Source: Laetmonice hystrix (lineage: Eukaryota). From it: a DNA stretch of 64,000 bases. Below are positions 1 through 12,167 of the stretch, piece by piece. The DNA is taken from assembly GCA_965235115.1 (NCBI GenBank), contig OZ249436.1:55740001-55804000 (forward strand). The letters are read 5' to 3'. A model generated the notes under the pieces. It saw nothing but the letters and a program-made list of their open reading frames with translations, made no database searches and was not told the DNA's origin. Positions within the stretch are counted from its first letter, which is position 1, and each line of letters starts with the position of its first letter. Made by a program: the position numbers and the translations under genes.

Positions 1-1221
1 TCGACTCACCGGCCAGCCTGTAGCTAACTGTTCAACATTAAGACTTCCTCACGGCAGACATGATTCTGGCAGACTCAAGGGTCGACTCACCGGCCAGCCT
101 GTAGCTAACTGTTCAACATTAAGAATTCCTCACGGCAGACATGATTCTGGCAGACTCAAGGGTCGACTCACCGACCAGCCTGTAGCTAACTGTTCAACAT
201 TAAGAATTCCTCACGGCAGACATGATTCAGGCAGACTCAAGGGTCGACTCACCGACCAGCCTGTAGCTTACTGTTCAACATTAAGAATTCCTCACGGCAG
301 ACATGATTCAGGCAGACTCAAGGGTCGAGTCGCCGACCAGCCTGTAGCTAACTGTTCAACATTAAGAATTCCGCACGGCAGACATGATTCTGGCAGACTC
401 AAGGGTCGACTCACCGACCAGCCTGTAGCTATAACTGTTCAACATTAAGAATTCCTCACGGCAGACATGATTCTGGCAGACTCAAGGGTCGACTCACCGA
501 CCAGCCTGTAGCTATAACTGTTCAACATTAAGAATTCCTCACGGCAGACATGATTCTGGCAGACTCAAGGGTCGACTCACCGGCCGGCCTGTAGCTAACT
601 GTTCACCATTAAGAATTCCTCACGGCAGACATGATTCTGGCAGACTCAAGGGTCGACTCACCGGCCGGCCTGTAGCTAACTGTTCACCATTAAGAATTCC
701 TCACGCCAGACATGATTCGGGCAGACTCAAGGGTCGACTCACCGGCCGGCCTGTAGCTCACTGTTCACCATTAAGAATTCCTCACGGCAGACATGATTCT
801 GGCAGACTCAAGGGTCGACTCACCGGCCGGCCTGAAGCTAACTGTTCAACATTAAGAATTCCTCACGGCAGACATGATTCTGGCAGACTCAAGGGTCGAC
901 TCACCGACCAGCCTGTAGCTAACTGTTCAACATTAAGAATTCCTCACGGCAGACATGATTCAGGCAGACTCAAGGGTCGACTCACCGACCAGCCTGTAGC
1001 TAACTGTTCAACATTAAGAATTCCGCACGGCAGACATGATTCTGGCAGACTCAAGGGTCGACTCACCGACCAGCCTGTAGCTATAACTGTTCAACATTAA
1101 GAATTCCTCACGGCAGACATGATTCTGGCAGACTCAAGGGTCGACTCACCGACCAGCCTGTAGCTATAACTGTTCAACATTAAGAATTCCTCACGGCAGA
1201 CATGATTCGGGCAGACTCAAG
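1..1221 (+). repeat. 81-bp minisatellite (about 15 copies, truncated by window start) derived from the GMC oxidoreductase stop-codon region; marks the 3' end of an upstream GMC paralogue
   Basis: The unit tcgactcaccg(g/a)ccagcctgtagctaactgttcaacattaagaattcctcacggcagacatgattctggcagactcaaggg recurs every 81 nt (a few units have a 2-nt insertion). The same unit occurs at 18564-18914, where it overlaps the last GMC codons. Flanks 1222-1283 and 2205-2280 resemble 19051-19114 and 19152-19230. Confidence 0.95.
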
Positions 1222-1283
1222 AAAAAGAAAATGAATAAAAGGCCCTTCACGGCCCTTAATGATAAAACGTGGGAAATGCAAAT

Positions 1284-2204
1284 GGGTCATTCCAGGTCAA
1301 ATCATCAAACTTTCAGAAAAATCCCCGGGTGACCCCCTTAGAATTCAACCATTTTTTGCATACATGTACTACAACATATATTATGAAGCCCTGCAAAATT
1401 TTAGGGCAAAATATCCAATAGTTTTTAAGATATGACCTTTTAAACATGTCTGGGGGTGCGAATTTCGCAAGCTTTTTTTTCGCGTGTTATTTTTCATGTC
1501 ATGTTCAAGGCCCTATAACTCAGAGAAGTAGAGCTCTAAAATTTTTAGGATTGGTTCATCTCAATATCTTTGATATCAAAGGAAAGAGCAAATTTCACTC
1601 TTCCATTTGAGATATAAAACTTAACTGTACGACCTATCCCTCCTTTTGAAAAATGTGCTTGAAACTGCATTATAATTTCATTTTTTACGAACTGAAATGC
1701 CCATATCTCAGAAGTTATAATCACCAGATACTTCATATTATACACAGTAGTAGACAGGCTACTAGAGATGTTGTACACGGAGTTTCAAGGGATTTAAGCA
1801 GTTTGTTTTTGCTTGGCACGTGGCCAAATGTGGGTTCGCAAACATTCGTATTGATGAAATCATGATTTTTGACTTGATCTGTATCACATATTAATTAATA
1901 TAAAAAGTATCTGTTGATGTCTTCTGATAACAGCCTGTGAGATGAATCAACTCTAAAAATTTCAGAGCTCTACTTCTTCTGGATCAAAAGTTATAGGGTC
2001 TTGAACATGACATGAAAAATAACACGCGAAAAAGAGCTTGCTAAATTCGCACCCCTCAGGCATGTATAAAGGGCCATATCTTCAAAACTATCGGATATTT
2101 TTGCAGGGCTTCATAATATATGTTGTAGTACATCTATGCAAAAAATGGTTTAATTCTGAGGGGGTCGCCCGGGGACCCCTTGTTGAATTGACCTGGAATG
2201 ACCC
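1284..2204. mobile_element. Non-autonomous DNA transposon with long imperfect TIRs (Sola2-like termini)
   Basis: Ends are GGGTCATTCCAGGTCAA and TTGACCTGGAATGACCC. Inverted similarity continues for about 250 bp (1321-1550 vs 1950-2175). AAAT flanks both ends. No transposase ORF. The superfamily call rests only on GRG..CYC termini plus a 4-bp AT-rich target. Confidence 0.85.
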
Positions 2205-2477
2205 AAATAGGCATCTGGCGGTCACGTTCCGCCAAAATACCCAAACAACTAAATAGGGCCTATTTGAGATAGTTAAGCGCCATCTGATCTCGCCTTCCGT
2301 TATAACCACCAATCTATCGACATCTGGGGGTTTGTATCGAGGGGAAGATTCTTTTCTCTCTGATAATACTCCGAACTCTCCGCTAGGGGTCCGTGCAGTC
2401 AAAATGCCGTCGTGGAAACGTATGAGGTGGCGCCGGCGTCGTATTGGCCTTGGCTTGGTTTGAAGTCAGCTAGAGGC

Positions 2478-3052
2478 CCAGGGAGCTTATTCACAAAGCA
2501 CACGCAAGGCTTACGTGACCGCAAAACTATTAGGCTGAGTTCACATAGGAGTATACGGTATTCGCTATTCGGTATTCGCTATACGCTATACGGGCACGGC
2601 GAGTCACGCCCGCCAGTGTCTTAATTCCCGACATGAATTGAAAGGTGCCCCCCTGCCCCTCCCCTTGAACTGATTTCTTTGAAATTTTCAGAGTCAATAC
2701 CCCTATATACCGGCCCTTAGATCTGAAAATTTAGTTACAAAATATCAAGAACTGTGTAAATGCTGAACTTTTAAACACAGGCACCCCAAGGTATACGCTG
2801 CACTAAAATCGAACACGCACGATTCCCACTATGCTATACTATACGCCTTTTCGAATAGTGTCCTCTGATGTGACCCGGTATTATAAGATCCTATTGTACG
2901 ATTAAAGCTATTCGCGTGCCCTGCAAAACGTGCACCGTATACCCGTGCCGTATACTCCTATGTGAACTCAGCCTTAGGCCTATCCTCCCGTTGTTTAATA
3001 ATAGTGTGCGGGTCCGCAAGTCTTGCGTGTCCTTTGTGAATAAGGTCCCTGG
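2478..3052. mobile_element. MITE (CCAGGG..TATTCACAAA TIRs) hosting a nested Harbinger-like MITE
   Basis: ccagggagcttattcacaaagcacacgcaag at 2478 is the near reverse complement of cttgcgtgtcctttgtgaataaggtccctgg ending at 3052. Confidence 0.7.
2533..2973. mobile_element. PIF/Harbinger-like MITE
   Basis: Perfect TIR ggctgagttcacataggagtatacgg / ccgtatactcctatgtgaactcagcc, with TTA on both sides (2530-2532, 2974-2976). Confidence 0.85.
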
Positions 3053-3159
3053 TCTGGTAAACGCGGATGCACATGTAGGCCGATCTTGGGAGCATACCCC
3101 TACATAGCCTGTGTGTCTCCCATGTTTGGAGTAGCGAAGAAGACCATTTGCCCAGGTCT

Positions 3160-4918
3160 TAATTGACAACAGGTTTAAACTAACAACAGTTGTCAGTTTA
3201 GATCCAGGTATAATCTGACAAATACTGATCACTATAGTATTGGAATGTTATTCAGTAATTAGAACTGATTCAAGAGATGGCAACACCGAACGATAATTGC
3301 TCTCTGAAAAAGGTTCAGAAATCAAAGTTCCACTTTATGATTTTCTGATCACTTAATTAATAATATTGTTCTGTAGGTTAGGTAGTCCAAGTATTTTGTC
3401 AGATGCAACACACAAAACAACAAAATATGCACTGCCAATATTTAAAGGGAAAAGCGATTGTTCAAAGCGCCACCTAAATCATTCGGAAAACCTCGGCCCA
3501 ACTTCCGGTTGTGGTCTCGGACCTCGCAAGCCGTAGAGATATGACAGTGATTCCACGGGTTTGGGCACATCACAACTGGCGTAGTGCGCAACGGGGCAAA
3601 GTAGTTCATAGATCGTCGATATTTGGCCTAACGCGGGATTGTTCATCGGGAAAGATGGATAATTTTCGAAGATTTGCAGTCTCGATCGTTCCTAGGAGCC
3701 GCGACACATTCAGTTTTGCAGTATTTAAATCATACGACTTTACTAGCTTGCATCAACATAAGAAATGACGTCATACACCCGAAGGAATCCCGAGGGAATC
3801 CCGAGTCAGACAGCGCGTCCGTGGGACGAACGTTGACCTCCGTCTGACGATAAACAATGCCAATAGGAATGTCAACATCTAAAAAAGTATCTATAGAGAC
3901 CTAAATCGATTTTCTTCGATGTCTAATCCACTTGTCAGAGGTATCAAGCGGAGATCTGTTTTTAAACAAACCAGACACTGCTTGTCTTTCACCTTTGTCG
4001 GTGTGTCGGCCGTCGCTATTTTGACCACGTTGTGTCACGTGATAAAAGAAGATCCAACATGGTGACGACTGTGCGAGGGCCGAGAGGACCTGGCCCGGAC
4101 AGTCCCGAGGTGGGCCGAATGTGGGGAAATGTGAGTATTCAAAGCGCCGCGTAGTGAGCTTTAACAGAGAAATGTTTGGCTTATTTATGCAGTCAACTAG
4201 TTTGATGTGGAAATCAGTACGGTAGTATTTTTTAAACCATGAACCAAACTGTGTTCCAGAACCTGTCTACTCCATTGAATGCTATAGTTAATACCCGTGT
4301 TTTACCAAGGCATCTTGTCACCGAGTTTCAGGAGAAAATCAGTGGTCGTTTTTTAACTATTAGTCAAAATGTCTGAAAAATCCCGTTTTTCCCCATTGAA
4401 ACCTATAGGCTGTAAAGACCCATTTTTACGGAGGCCTGTATAAAAAATCTAATTCGGTGACATATGATTTTTTTTGTTTCTTTGTATTCGATTATTTTAA
4501 TATCTATTGCCTATACCAAGTGAGAAGCATTTGTACCCATCTACCCATGTACTATCTTACAATGTTACATATGTTTGTAATCGTTTACCGGTGATGTCTT
4601 TCATATCACCTTAGTTGATTTATAATATCTCTAGATGATCGACCATTATGTAAGCTGGCAGACGATGTAAACCAGCGGTAACGCTGACGTCGAGCCAGGA
4701 TAAATAAAGGAAATTTTAAAAAAACTCCTAGGGACAAAGGCTATCCCCCATAAAAATATTTTGAAAATTCCAGTGGTTTATTCGAACACTCACATTTCCC
4801 TTTAAGTGGTTGTAAGAAGCATGCAGGCTACATTCCTGTCATGGAGAATCAGTTTACGCAGTTTAGACCTTGATCTAAACTGACAACTGTTGCCAGCTTA
4901 AACCAGTTGTCAGTTAAT
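3160..4918. mobile_element. About 58-bp inverted-repeat pair enclosing the Kolobok-like element (older TIR element)
   Basis: ttaattgacaacaggtttaaactaacaacagttgtcagtttagatccagg (about 3160-3210) is the near reverse complement of ccttgatctaaactgacaactgttgccagcttaaaccagttgtcagttaa (about 4868-4918). Confidence 0.6.
3446..4801. mobile_element. Kolobok-like non-autonomous DNA transposon
   Basis: TTAA|AGGGAAAAGCGATTGTTC ... GAACACTCACATTTCCCT|TTAA, i.e. a TTAA target with AG..CT termini. An internal TIR-like copy sits at about 4124-4150. Confidence 0.7.
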
Positions 4919-4933
4919 TGCACATCCCTATAA

Positions 4934-5262
4934 TTAGGTGTCAAGGTCATGGTCAATGGCCTGGAGGACCAAGGCAACTAATATACCCTGGAGGAAAAAG
5001 TCATAAAAGGTCATCCTGGCACAATAAAGGAAAGAGGTCCTACCGCCTCGTATACATACGTTGGTCCTCCAGGCCGTATAGAGGCCACATAGGAAGACTC
5101 CAACTTGAGGCATGTGTATACGGGGGTGGGGAGCGGTAGGATCTTTTCCTTTATTGTGCCAGGACGACCTTTTAGGAAATTGTCCTCTATATCCTCCAGG
5201 GCAGATTAGTAATGTTGTCTTGCTCCTGCACGCCGTAGGGTCACACAAAGATTGACACCTAA
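4934..5262. mobile_element. Palindromic (fold-back) MITE
   Basis: Ends are ttaggtgtcaa and ttgacacctaa. Internal arms are aaaaggtcatcctggcacaataaaggaaagaggtcctaccgc and gcggtaggatcttttcctttattgtgccaggacgacctttt. Confidence 0.7.
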
Positions 5263-6085
5263 ATGGTTTAGATCTATATATATAATATCCAGTGTATCGT
5301 GTCTGCATGCTCCAGTTATTGCCATCCACAGGCTAGCAATAGCAATAGACTTTTGAAATAACCTCTTGAACTTGAGACACATAACTTACTGCAATATATT
5401 TGTATGCAGGGATCTCGCTACTAAGGATTTCAAAATCATGTTCTACTGTGACTGAACAGGGTTTTCATCCATGATTAATTTGCCACAATAATAATAATCG
5501 TCATTTTGTAAAAGGTTCACCATGTTCCGTGTAACACCATTAGTTAACAAAAAGTTAAACAAATATTGAATGTCACCTGAAATTAAAAAATTAAAGCGTA
5601 ACAAGAACTGATGCTGAATCACCATTCTGCAGACTTCACGCTGACGTCATGGCTCATCACATGACTGCGATGAGCTGTAGTCAGAGATAACTGAATCGGG
5701 AACCAATCTAATCGCCGTCACTACCGTTGTCAACACTGTGCACTGGTTGGCAAGACCATGCCTCATGACAATTACTTTGGTAGGGGCCTTACCAGATCTT
5801 ATTATTATGTGTCTTTGCCAGCCAAGCAAGTGTGAATTTGTTGGTACAATTTTGTACGGGTACATTATAGTAGCGGAAAAAAGCATGGTTTAGGTCTCCG
5901 CTACACGATGACGTCGTCGAAGAACTGGGCGTCGCGGGCGAACGTTGCTTTCACGCTAACGATTACGTACAATTCTTGTACTGATCGGCCTCAATCCAGA
6001 CAAAGATTCAGAGATGGTCCAGGCAGTCAGACTCGCCGCTTGGAATCGGTTCCTGAGATACACAAGCCTGATGTGATTGTCTTGT

Positions 6086-6115
6086 TGACGTGACGTGACG
6101 TGACGTGACGTGACG
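6086..6115. repeat. (TGACG)6 microsatellite
   Basis: Direct reading of six tandem TGACG units. Confidence 0.9.
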
Positions 6116-6449
6116 CGTGGACGTCCGGAACGAGGACGGTTTCTAGCAATTCCAGAATTAACTTATTCTCGTTTTACTGTTTGTTCCATGGGCACAAGAA
6201 ATTAGAATAACCACAATGATACGCTCACTAAAATGCCTAGCTAGACTTGTACTTCTGGGCTACCGTACAATGGGTGACGATCACACGAGCGCCCCCTATA
6301 CTGTAGGTAAACAGATCAGTACCCTCTCTGAAAATAATATCTTGCGCCTAATATACGATCGACTGATATCGACTGATATTTTCGAGAGAAAAAAACAAGA
6401 TGAAATCGAGGATTTTTTCGAGAGAAAAAAAAGAACAACCGAGGGGTGT

Positions 6450-6490
6450 TATCTATAAAACCCCTCGCTTCGCTCGGGGTTTTATAGATA
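6450..6490. repeat. Perfect 15-bp hairpin, likely part of an interspersed repeat
   Basis: tatctataaaacccc-tcgcttcgctc-ggggttttatagata. Confidence 0.75.
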
Positions 6491-7621
6491 GCAACCCGAG
6501 GAAAACACCACTGACTAATGCCGCCGTGTAAAACTAGTCCAGCAGGTTCAGACGGGTGACAAATGACTTCTAACCGAGAGGTTACGTTATTGCGCGAGAG
6601 GACCGAAAGGTCCAACGGTGGTGATGTGATGTTGATGTTTTTTATTCCATAATAACCCGTCTCGGGGTATGAAGGATACAGATTTATACAGTTGTACAGT
6701 ACAGTAGTACATTTGCAGATAATATTGTACATGTAGGCTATTGAAAAGTGATCATTATTATTTCGACAAAGTTGGATAGTTTTTTGAGCCATTTCTGGCT
6801 TTCCATCTGGAATAGTTGCTTCATTTTTAATGTATTAGGGTGTCTAAAATAGTACGGTTTGATATTCATTTTTCTTTCGTTGTCAAACAAATATATAATG
6901 AAATTCATCCCCGATGTCACCAGTTATACACATAGGACACAGACGCTCCGATCTAGCTATTCCATCATACCTACCGGTATTGACCGGTAGTTTGTGGGCG
7001 CCACACCTAAATCTAGCAAGCTTGGTCCTCGTACCTACATCCAAAGCAGTTAAATAATGCTCCATCTTATGGCCTTCCTTAAACAACCGATAATTAGTAC
7101 ATGAACTGAGGACAGTGATATCCTCCTGCCACTGTTGTTTAAACATGTCAGACAGTTTTAAACCCGATGCAAGTTTGACCCATTCTACATTAGGAATATA
7201 CTCATCCTTCCAGATATTATTAAGACCACAGTTATTTAAGGTTGATTCAATGGTTGATAACCAGCTTGACTTGTATAATCCTGTGTCCGATAGTCCTCGT
7301 AGTAACCTACAGGTGATATATGAAAGTTGGTTTTGTTTTCCTAAGATACTTTTGCTCCAAAAAGGTTGTCATTCTTTGTTTAATGGTAACAGCTATGTTG
7401 GTTAAACCCAACTCCCCATAAACTATACAGTTTGGCGTTGATTTTGAGACCTTTAACAGCCTTTTAAGAAATTCACGGTAGAAAACTTCTATTTGCTCGG
7501 TATTTTCATACCCCCACACCTCACATCCGTACAACAGGATAGGTTTAACCATTTGATCAAATAAGTAAACAGTTGTGTCAATAGATAACTTTAGTTTTCC
7601 TGCCTTAGAAAGCAGACTATA

Positions 7622-10125
7622 CACTGAAAAAATCAAGCTCGGCTAAACTCGTCCCAACGTTGCCAACATGACAAGTTTATGACAAGTTTTGCCCTGTCAA
7701 CGGTCGCCGATGTATTTACGAGTTAATGACAACCACACTGACGTATAGACAAGTCAAACTTGTCATAAACTTGCCCAAAACGTTCACGTGACTATTCAGG
7801 TCTCACAAGAATTTGTCATATAATGTGTACAACACTTGTTATTTTTGAGTGAAATAACCTGGAACAGTAACCACAGAGACTCAAGGGAGATCATATTTCC
7901 CTTACTAATCACTGTAAACTGTAAATCCAGTGACCTAGAATGGTTGTTGGATTAGTTTCAAGTCGACGCGGTGGACAGACTGTACTGATACCGTCCATCA
8001 TTCGTTCGAAACCAAACTGGCGGAATGGTCTTGGACACATGTCCCGCAAAGGTAAGAACGGACAAATCTCTTGCTTTTACCCTTATCTATCACTGAACAG
8101 TAGATTGGAATTATTGGAGAAAAACGTACTATTCCTTCCACCTGAAGAAAGTATAGGCCTAAGTAAAGTGTGCAGCTTAATCAGAAGCCTGGCACTGTTA
8201 TAGACTCCCATGTTAAAACTTAGGCCTATATGCCTTGTGCGAGCTATGCCATGTGTTGTAGCCATGTAGCACTACAGCATGCAGTGGCAGATTCAGGAGG
8301 GGGGATCATGGGGGGGGGGGCTTAATTAAGCCACATCCTTGCACCTAAGAGGACTTACATACCCCCCCCCCCCAGCCCCCCTCCCAGTTGCAAAATCTTG
8401 GATCCGCCCCTGAGCATGCCCCTAATATATTTTTCTGGGCAAGCAGTTCATACCATTTGTATGGCCAGCACTGCAGACAGTGCAGTGGTGAGTTTTTTTC
8501 AGCAACCAATAGCCCGGTGTAACAGGCCGGATTATAACCCTGGCCCAAAGTATACCCGGGTATAAAACCCATTAGAGGAAACTGTATCGTCCTTGATCAT
8601 GGATGATCGAACAGTGTGTCTATAATAGAATATATCAATATCATGCGATACTTTCATATTTTTAAGTTCATGGTTCTAGGCCAGTTTACACCCCGGAGTT
8701 TATTCTGGGCGAGGCCAGAACATACCTCTGACCCATTTTATACCCCCCCCCCCCCCCAACCAGAAGATGTGGAATAAGGGGAAGAAGAGGAAGAAGCAGA
8801 GGAAGATGAGGAATTAAGTAGAGGAAGAAGCAAAGGAAGGCGAGGGAAAAAGCAGGAGAGGAAGAAGAGGAAGACGCAGAGGAAGAAGAAAACATGAAGA
8901 AGAGGAAGCAGAGCAATCAGCAGAAGCAGCAGCAGAAGAAGACGAAGCAGCAGCAGCAGAAGAAGAAGAAGAAGAAGAAGAAGAAGAAGAAGAAGAAGAA
9001 GAAGAAGACGAAGAAGGAGAAGAAGAAGGAGGAGAAGGAGAAGGAGAAGAAGACGACATTGGGCCAGGGGGATATATGTTCTGGCCTATAGCCAAAAATA
9101 ACCCCGGGGTGTAAACTGGCCCAGGCCATGCAGAATATTTATTGTAGGCAGGCCCATTATATACCCAGATTTGATCAGGGGGTTATTAGGGCCTATTAGT
9201 ATTACACCTGGAGTAAGCAGCAGTGGAGAACTTAGGCCCAACTAGCCCCAAATTTGTGTTCACTAACTCAAACTCAGTAGCCCAGCAAGAACAGAAGTAC
9301 CTGGAGTAGACTGATCATGATCTCTAGGGTGGCAGGATTTTCAAAGTCATGGACAATGGAAATACACTTCTGTTTGAGAATCGTACGGATACACTGCATG
9401 GTGAAGAAATGAAGAAACTGATATTATAGTTCGTTATATCAGTACCATGGGGTCATACCATGTATGGCAGTTTAATCACTGTCAACTTATGATATGATTT
9501 GGCTCCTGAACGACATCGTCTGAGATCAATTACTTAATAACCCCCATATAAAAAGTTCCAGAGGTGGATCAAGCCTACAAGTTGCACACCTGAGTAGCTG
9601 CTATCTTTACACACACACACACACACACAAGCGGACAAAATAAACCAGTTTAAATTTGGTTAGGGTTTGTGTGGCGATCGCACGAAATACCCCTGGGGTT
9701 AAGATTGACTACCGGAATCTAACAGTTTAACAATGAAATGTGAATGAAGTAATAATTTATTTTTGTGACTGACTTCAGTTTATTCTCTTACAGGAAGAGA
9801 CAAGTGATCCAGTCGTCCCATTGACGAAGCGAGAGTCGCCAGTTTGACAACTTTTTGCCAGGCACCCTGGCAGGTGGTCATGTTGACAAGGCTAAACTTG
9901 TTAATTTTATGACCGTCACTTCGACAAGGGAAACCTTGTCTGATGAGACGACGTCCCATTGACAAGGCTAAACTTGTCAGTTTGACAAGTTTTCGTCAGG
10001 CACCCGGCAGGTCGTCATGTTGACAAGGCTAAACTTGTTAATTTTATGACCGTCACTTTGACAAGGCAAAACTTGTAACAGTAAAAGACTTTGTGACAAG
10101 TTTGAGGAGCTTGATTTTTTCAGTG
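7622..10125. mobile_element. CACTA/EnSpm-like non-autonomous DNA transposon inserted in the LINE
   Basis: TIR CACTGAAAAAATCAAGCTC / GAGCTTGATTTTTTCAGTG with a TA duplication. Many subterminal gacaagttt/aaacttgtc motifs and an approximately 139-bp subterminal direct repeat (about 9813-10057). Removing the element restores the LINE frame ARRALYSLL. Confidence 0.88.
8680..9121. mobile_element. MITE with an expanded purine-rich (GAA/GAG/GCA)n core, nested in the CACTA-like element
   Basis: gccagtttacaccccgg..ggccagaacata and tatgttctggcc..ccggggtgtaaactggc flank the GAA-rich tract at about 8762-9057. Confidence 0.7.
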
Positions 10126-10316
10126 TATAAGGCACGCCTTGCCAGGGACACTTGCCTCGAAATCATTTTAAGGAGACGACCATTATAACTGAGCACGACA
10201 CCCAGATAAGTATATTCACTGGCGACATCTATAACTTCATCCTTTATAGAGAATGATGGGTAACGTCGGACCTTTCCTCTTGAGAAAATGGCCACTTTTA
10301 TCTTACTAGTATTAAT

Positions 10317-11783
10317 CAGGGATGAAAGTGGCCAGCTGTAAAATTTCCTGAAATTCTGACCAGGGGGGGAGCGGCGGGGGGCCAATGTCCATAATTAATA
10401 TTTGTTCATGCGCACATCCAAGGCTTACCCCCCCCCCCCCCCCTTAAAAAAAGTCAGGCTAGGAACAGCAGACAATCATGATCCGATAAGGCCTCCTAGC
10501 TATTATATATTATAGGGCCTAGCCCTCAGTATTTAGTCGCCACCCCCCCCCCCACCCCCACCCCCTCAACCCCCCACCCCTGCAAATTTGCTGGATAGAC
10601 TCCATCACTCATCAGTCCATGCCCCTGTTCAAGGCTGTTGCTTGCCTGTCACTCAGTCACAGTCAGTGCATGTCAACCTCTGCCTGGCTCTGCCGTCTCT
10701 CTCCAACATTGGAATCCAGTCGGCTTTTAGCGTCCAAAATGCAACCGATTACGTTGTCAAACAGCTTCCATGTGTTAGACTGACCACACAGGCTGTCCAT
10801 CAGTCTTGACCCTCAGCAGTCACGACCCTCAGCGGCTCTCAGCCAAGCAACACAGGCTTCGCTGAGTCGAGTGGTTCAGCCCGTGTGTCCATGTGCCACT
10901 CATGTTGTTGTGAAAATTGTCACTTCCGGTCTTATCAGGACACCTGCACTGATCGACAAATGTAATGAAAAGTCCTGACAACCCCAAAACTTCAGTGAAA
11001 ACCACTTACGTAATGCCACTATCCTCAAATTTATATGCAAGAACACATTATGAGAACTTACTGACACATATACTAGGCAGATTCATAGAACTAAATTGAC
11101 CCAGTTTCCTGTGAGGAGTGACATTGTGATGGTGCATAGTTCGTCAGCCTAATCACTATCACCAACGCCGGGACTAGACAGACCGGTCTGTCTATACTAT
11201 AGTCTCGTTCACTAAGTGAGCGCTCAGGCAAAACTCGCGCATGGATATGGCATAATGGCAAGCCTGAATCAACGGGCTTCGCAGCTGCCTGACCATCAAT
11301 TTTGCCTGAAGTCATTACCTGAGGTGAGTCGCTCTCACCACAGCGACACGGGGCCGTGCCTGCCAGACGGGACAGACGCCACCGCGTGCCGGTAGAAGTC
11401 AGCCCACGCGGGCCGGTCTATGTGAGCGATGTCACCACAGCTACAGGGACCAGCACCCCCGGCAGACCGGCCTATGCACGGTGGCACCCGTGACACTGAA
11501 CGGGTTTGAGACACTCTAATATCCCCATCTATAAACGAACTTTGGCAGGTAGAGATATATTGAGCTGCATGGTGTTAAAAAACGTCCTGGAAGGGGATAT
11601 TGTTTCATTTGATATTAATTGCCCACCACACAGTCCAGGGCAATACTTAGCCTTGGCTTAGGCCTACCTCTTTTGCCTATAGATCTAGGCCTATTTCCTT
11701 TATTGGGTGTTATTTCTTGGGGGGGGGGGGGATTTTTTCAAATTTCCTGATTTCAGGAAATTTCCTGAAAACTTTCATCCCTG
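10317..11783. mobile_element. Non-autonomous TIR element with a 6-bp target duplication, inserted in the LINE
   Basis: TIR CAGGGATGAAAGT / ACTTTCATCCCTG with ATTAAT on both sides. Removing the element and one ATTAAT restores LINE codons W-N-L-T-I-N-T-S-K. Confidence 0.85.
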
Positions 11784-12167
11784 ATTAATGGTTAAATTCC
11801 AACTGTCACAGTAATCTACAACGCCCTTTAAAGCTCTATCGAGTTCCTCAGCAGACTCAGCCATAACTACTGTGTCATCTGCATATAAAAGGATAAAGAG
11901 ACGGATATAAGTGTATCATCTGCGGGTGCTCTGTAACCGTTGTGCTACAGCTTGCTGATCGCTCAACCGTGGTCATAATTTTGCTACAAAACGGTGCCAT
12001 ATGGCAACCCGTGGTATGTATTTTAAAATAGCATCTAGATCTATGCATCTGTAGCGGAGCGTTTCGGTACTGTGTTTACTAAAGTCCCGTGCAAGAATCA
12101 CCAAGGAGGCCACCATAGACCTACACGGAGGAAGACACTGAAGACGTTTAGAATTCGTTGTCACAAC

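Larger units (their letters stand above)
6738..11915 (-). mobile_element. 5'-truncated, decayed non-LTR retrotransposon (RTE/RTEX-like RT C-terminal half) in three pieces: about 11915-11784, 10316-10126, 7621-6738
   Basis: The minus strand reads LFILLYADDTVVMAESAEELDRALKGVVDYCDSWNLTIN | TSKIKVAIFSRGKVRRYPSFSIKDEVIDVASEYTYLGVVLSYNG...ARRALY | SLLSKAGKLKLSIDTTVYLFDQMVKPILLYGCEVWG...GELG...RFRCGAHKLPVNTGRY...RLCPMC...GDEFHYIFV. This includes the YADD RT motif and a C-terminal Zn-finger-like motif. Frameshifts are present. Confidence 0.9.

Noticed and set aside
1..1221. CRISPR-like appearance of the regular repeat
   Set aside because: There are no unique spacers. The whole 81-bp unit repeats, the context is eukaryotic, and the unit derives from a GMC exon.
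8686..9129. Poly-K, poly-S and poly-F ORFs
   Set aside because: These are translations of a (GAA)n low-complexity tract inside a MITE.
9940..9960. CTGATGA hammerhead-like core
   Set aside because: No matching stem II and GAAA. It is part of the CACTA subterminal repeats.
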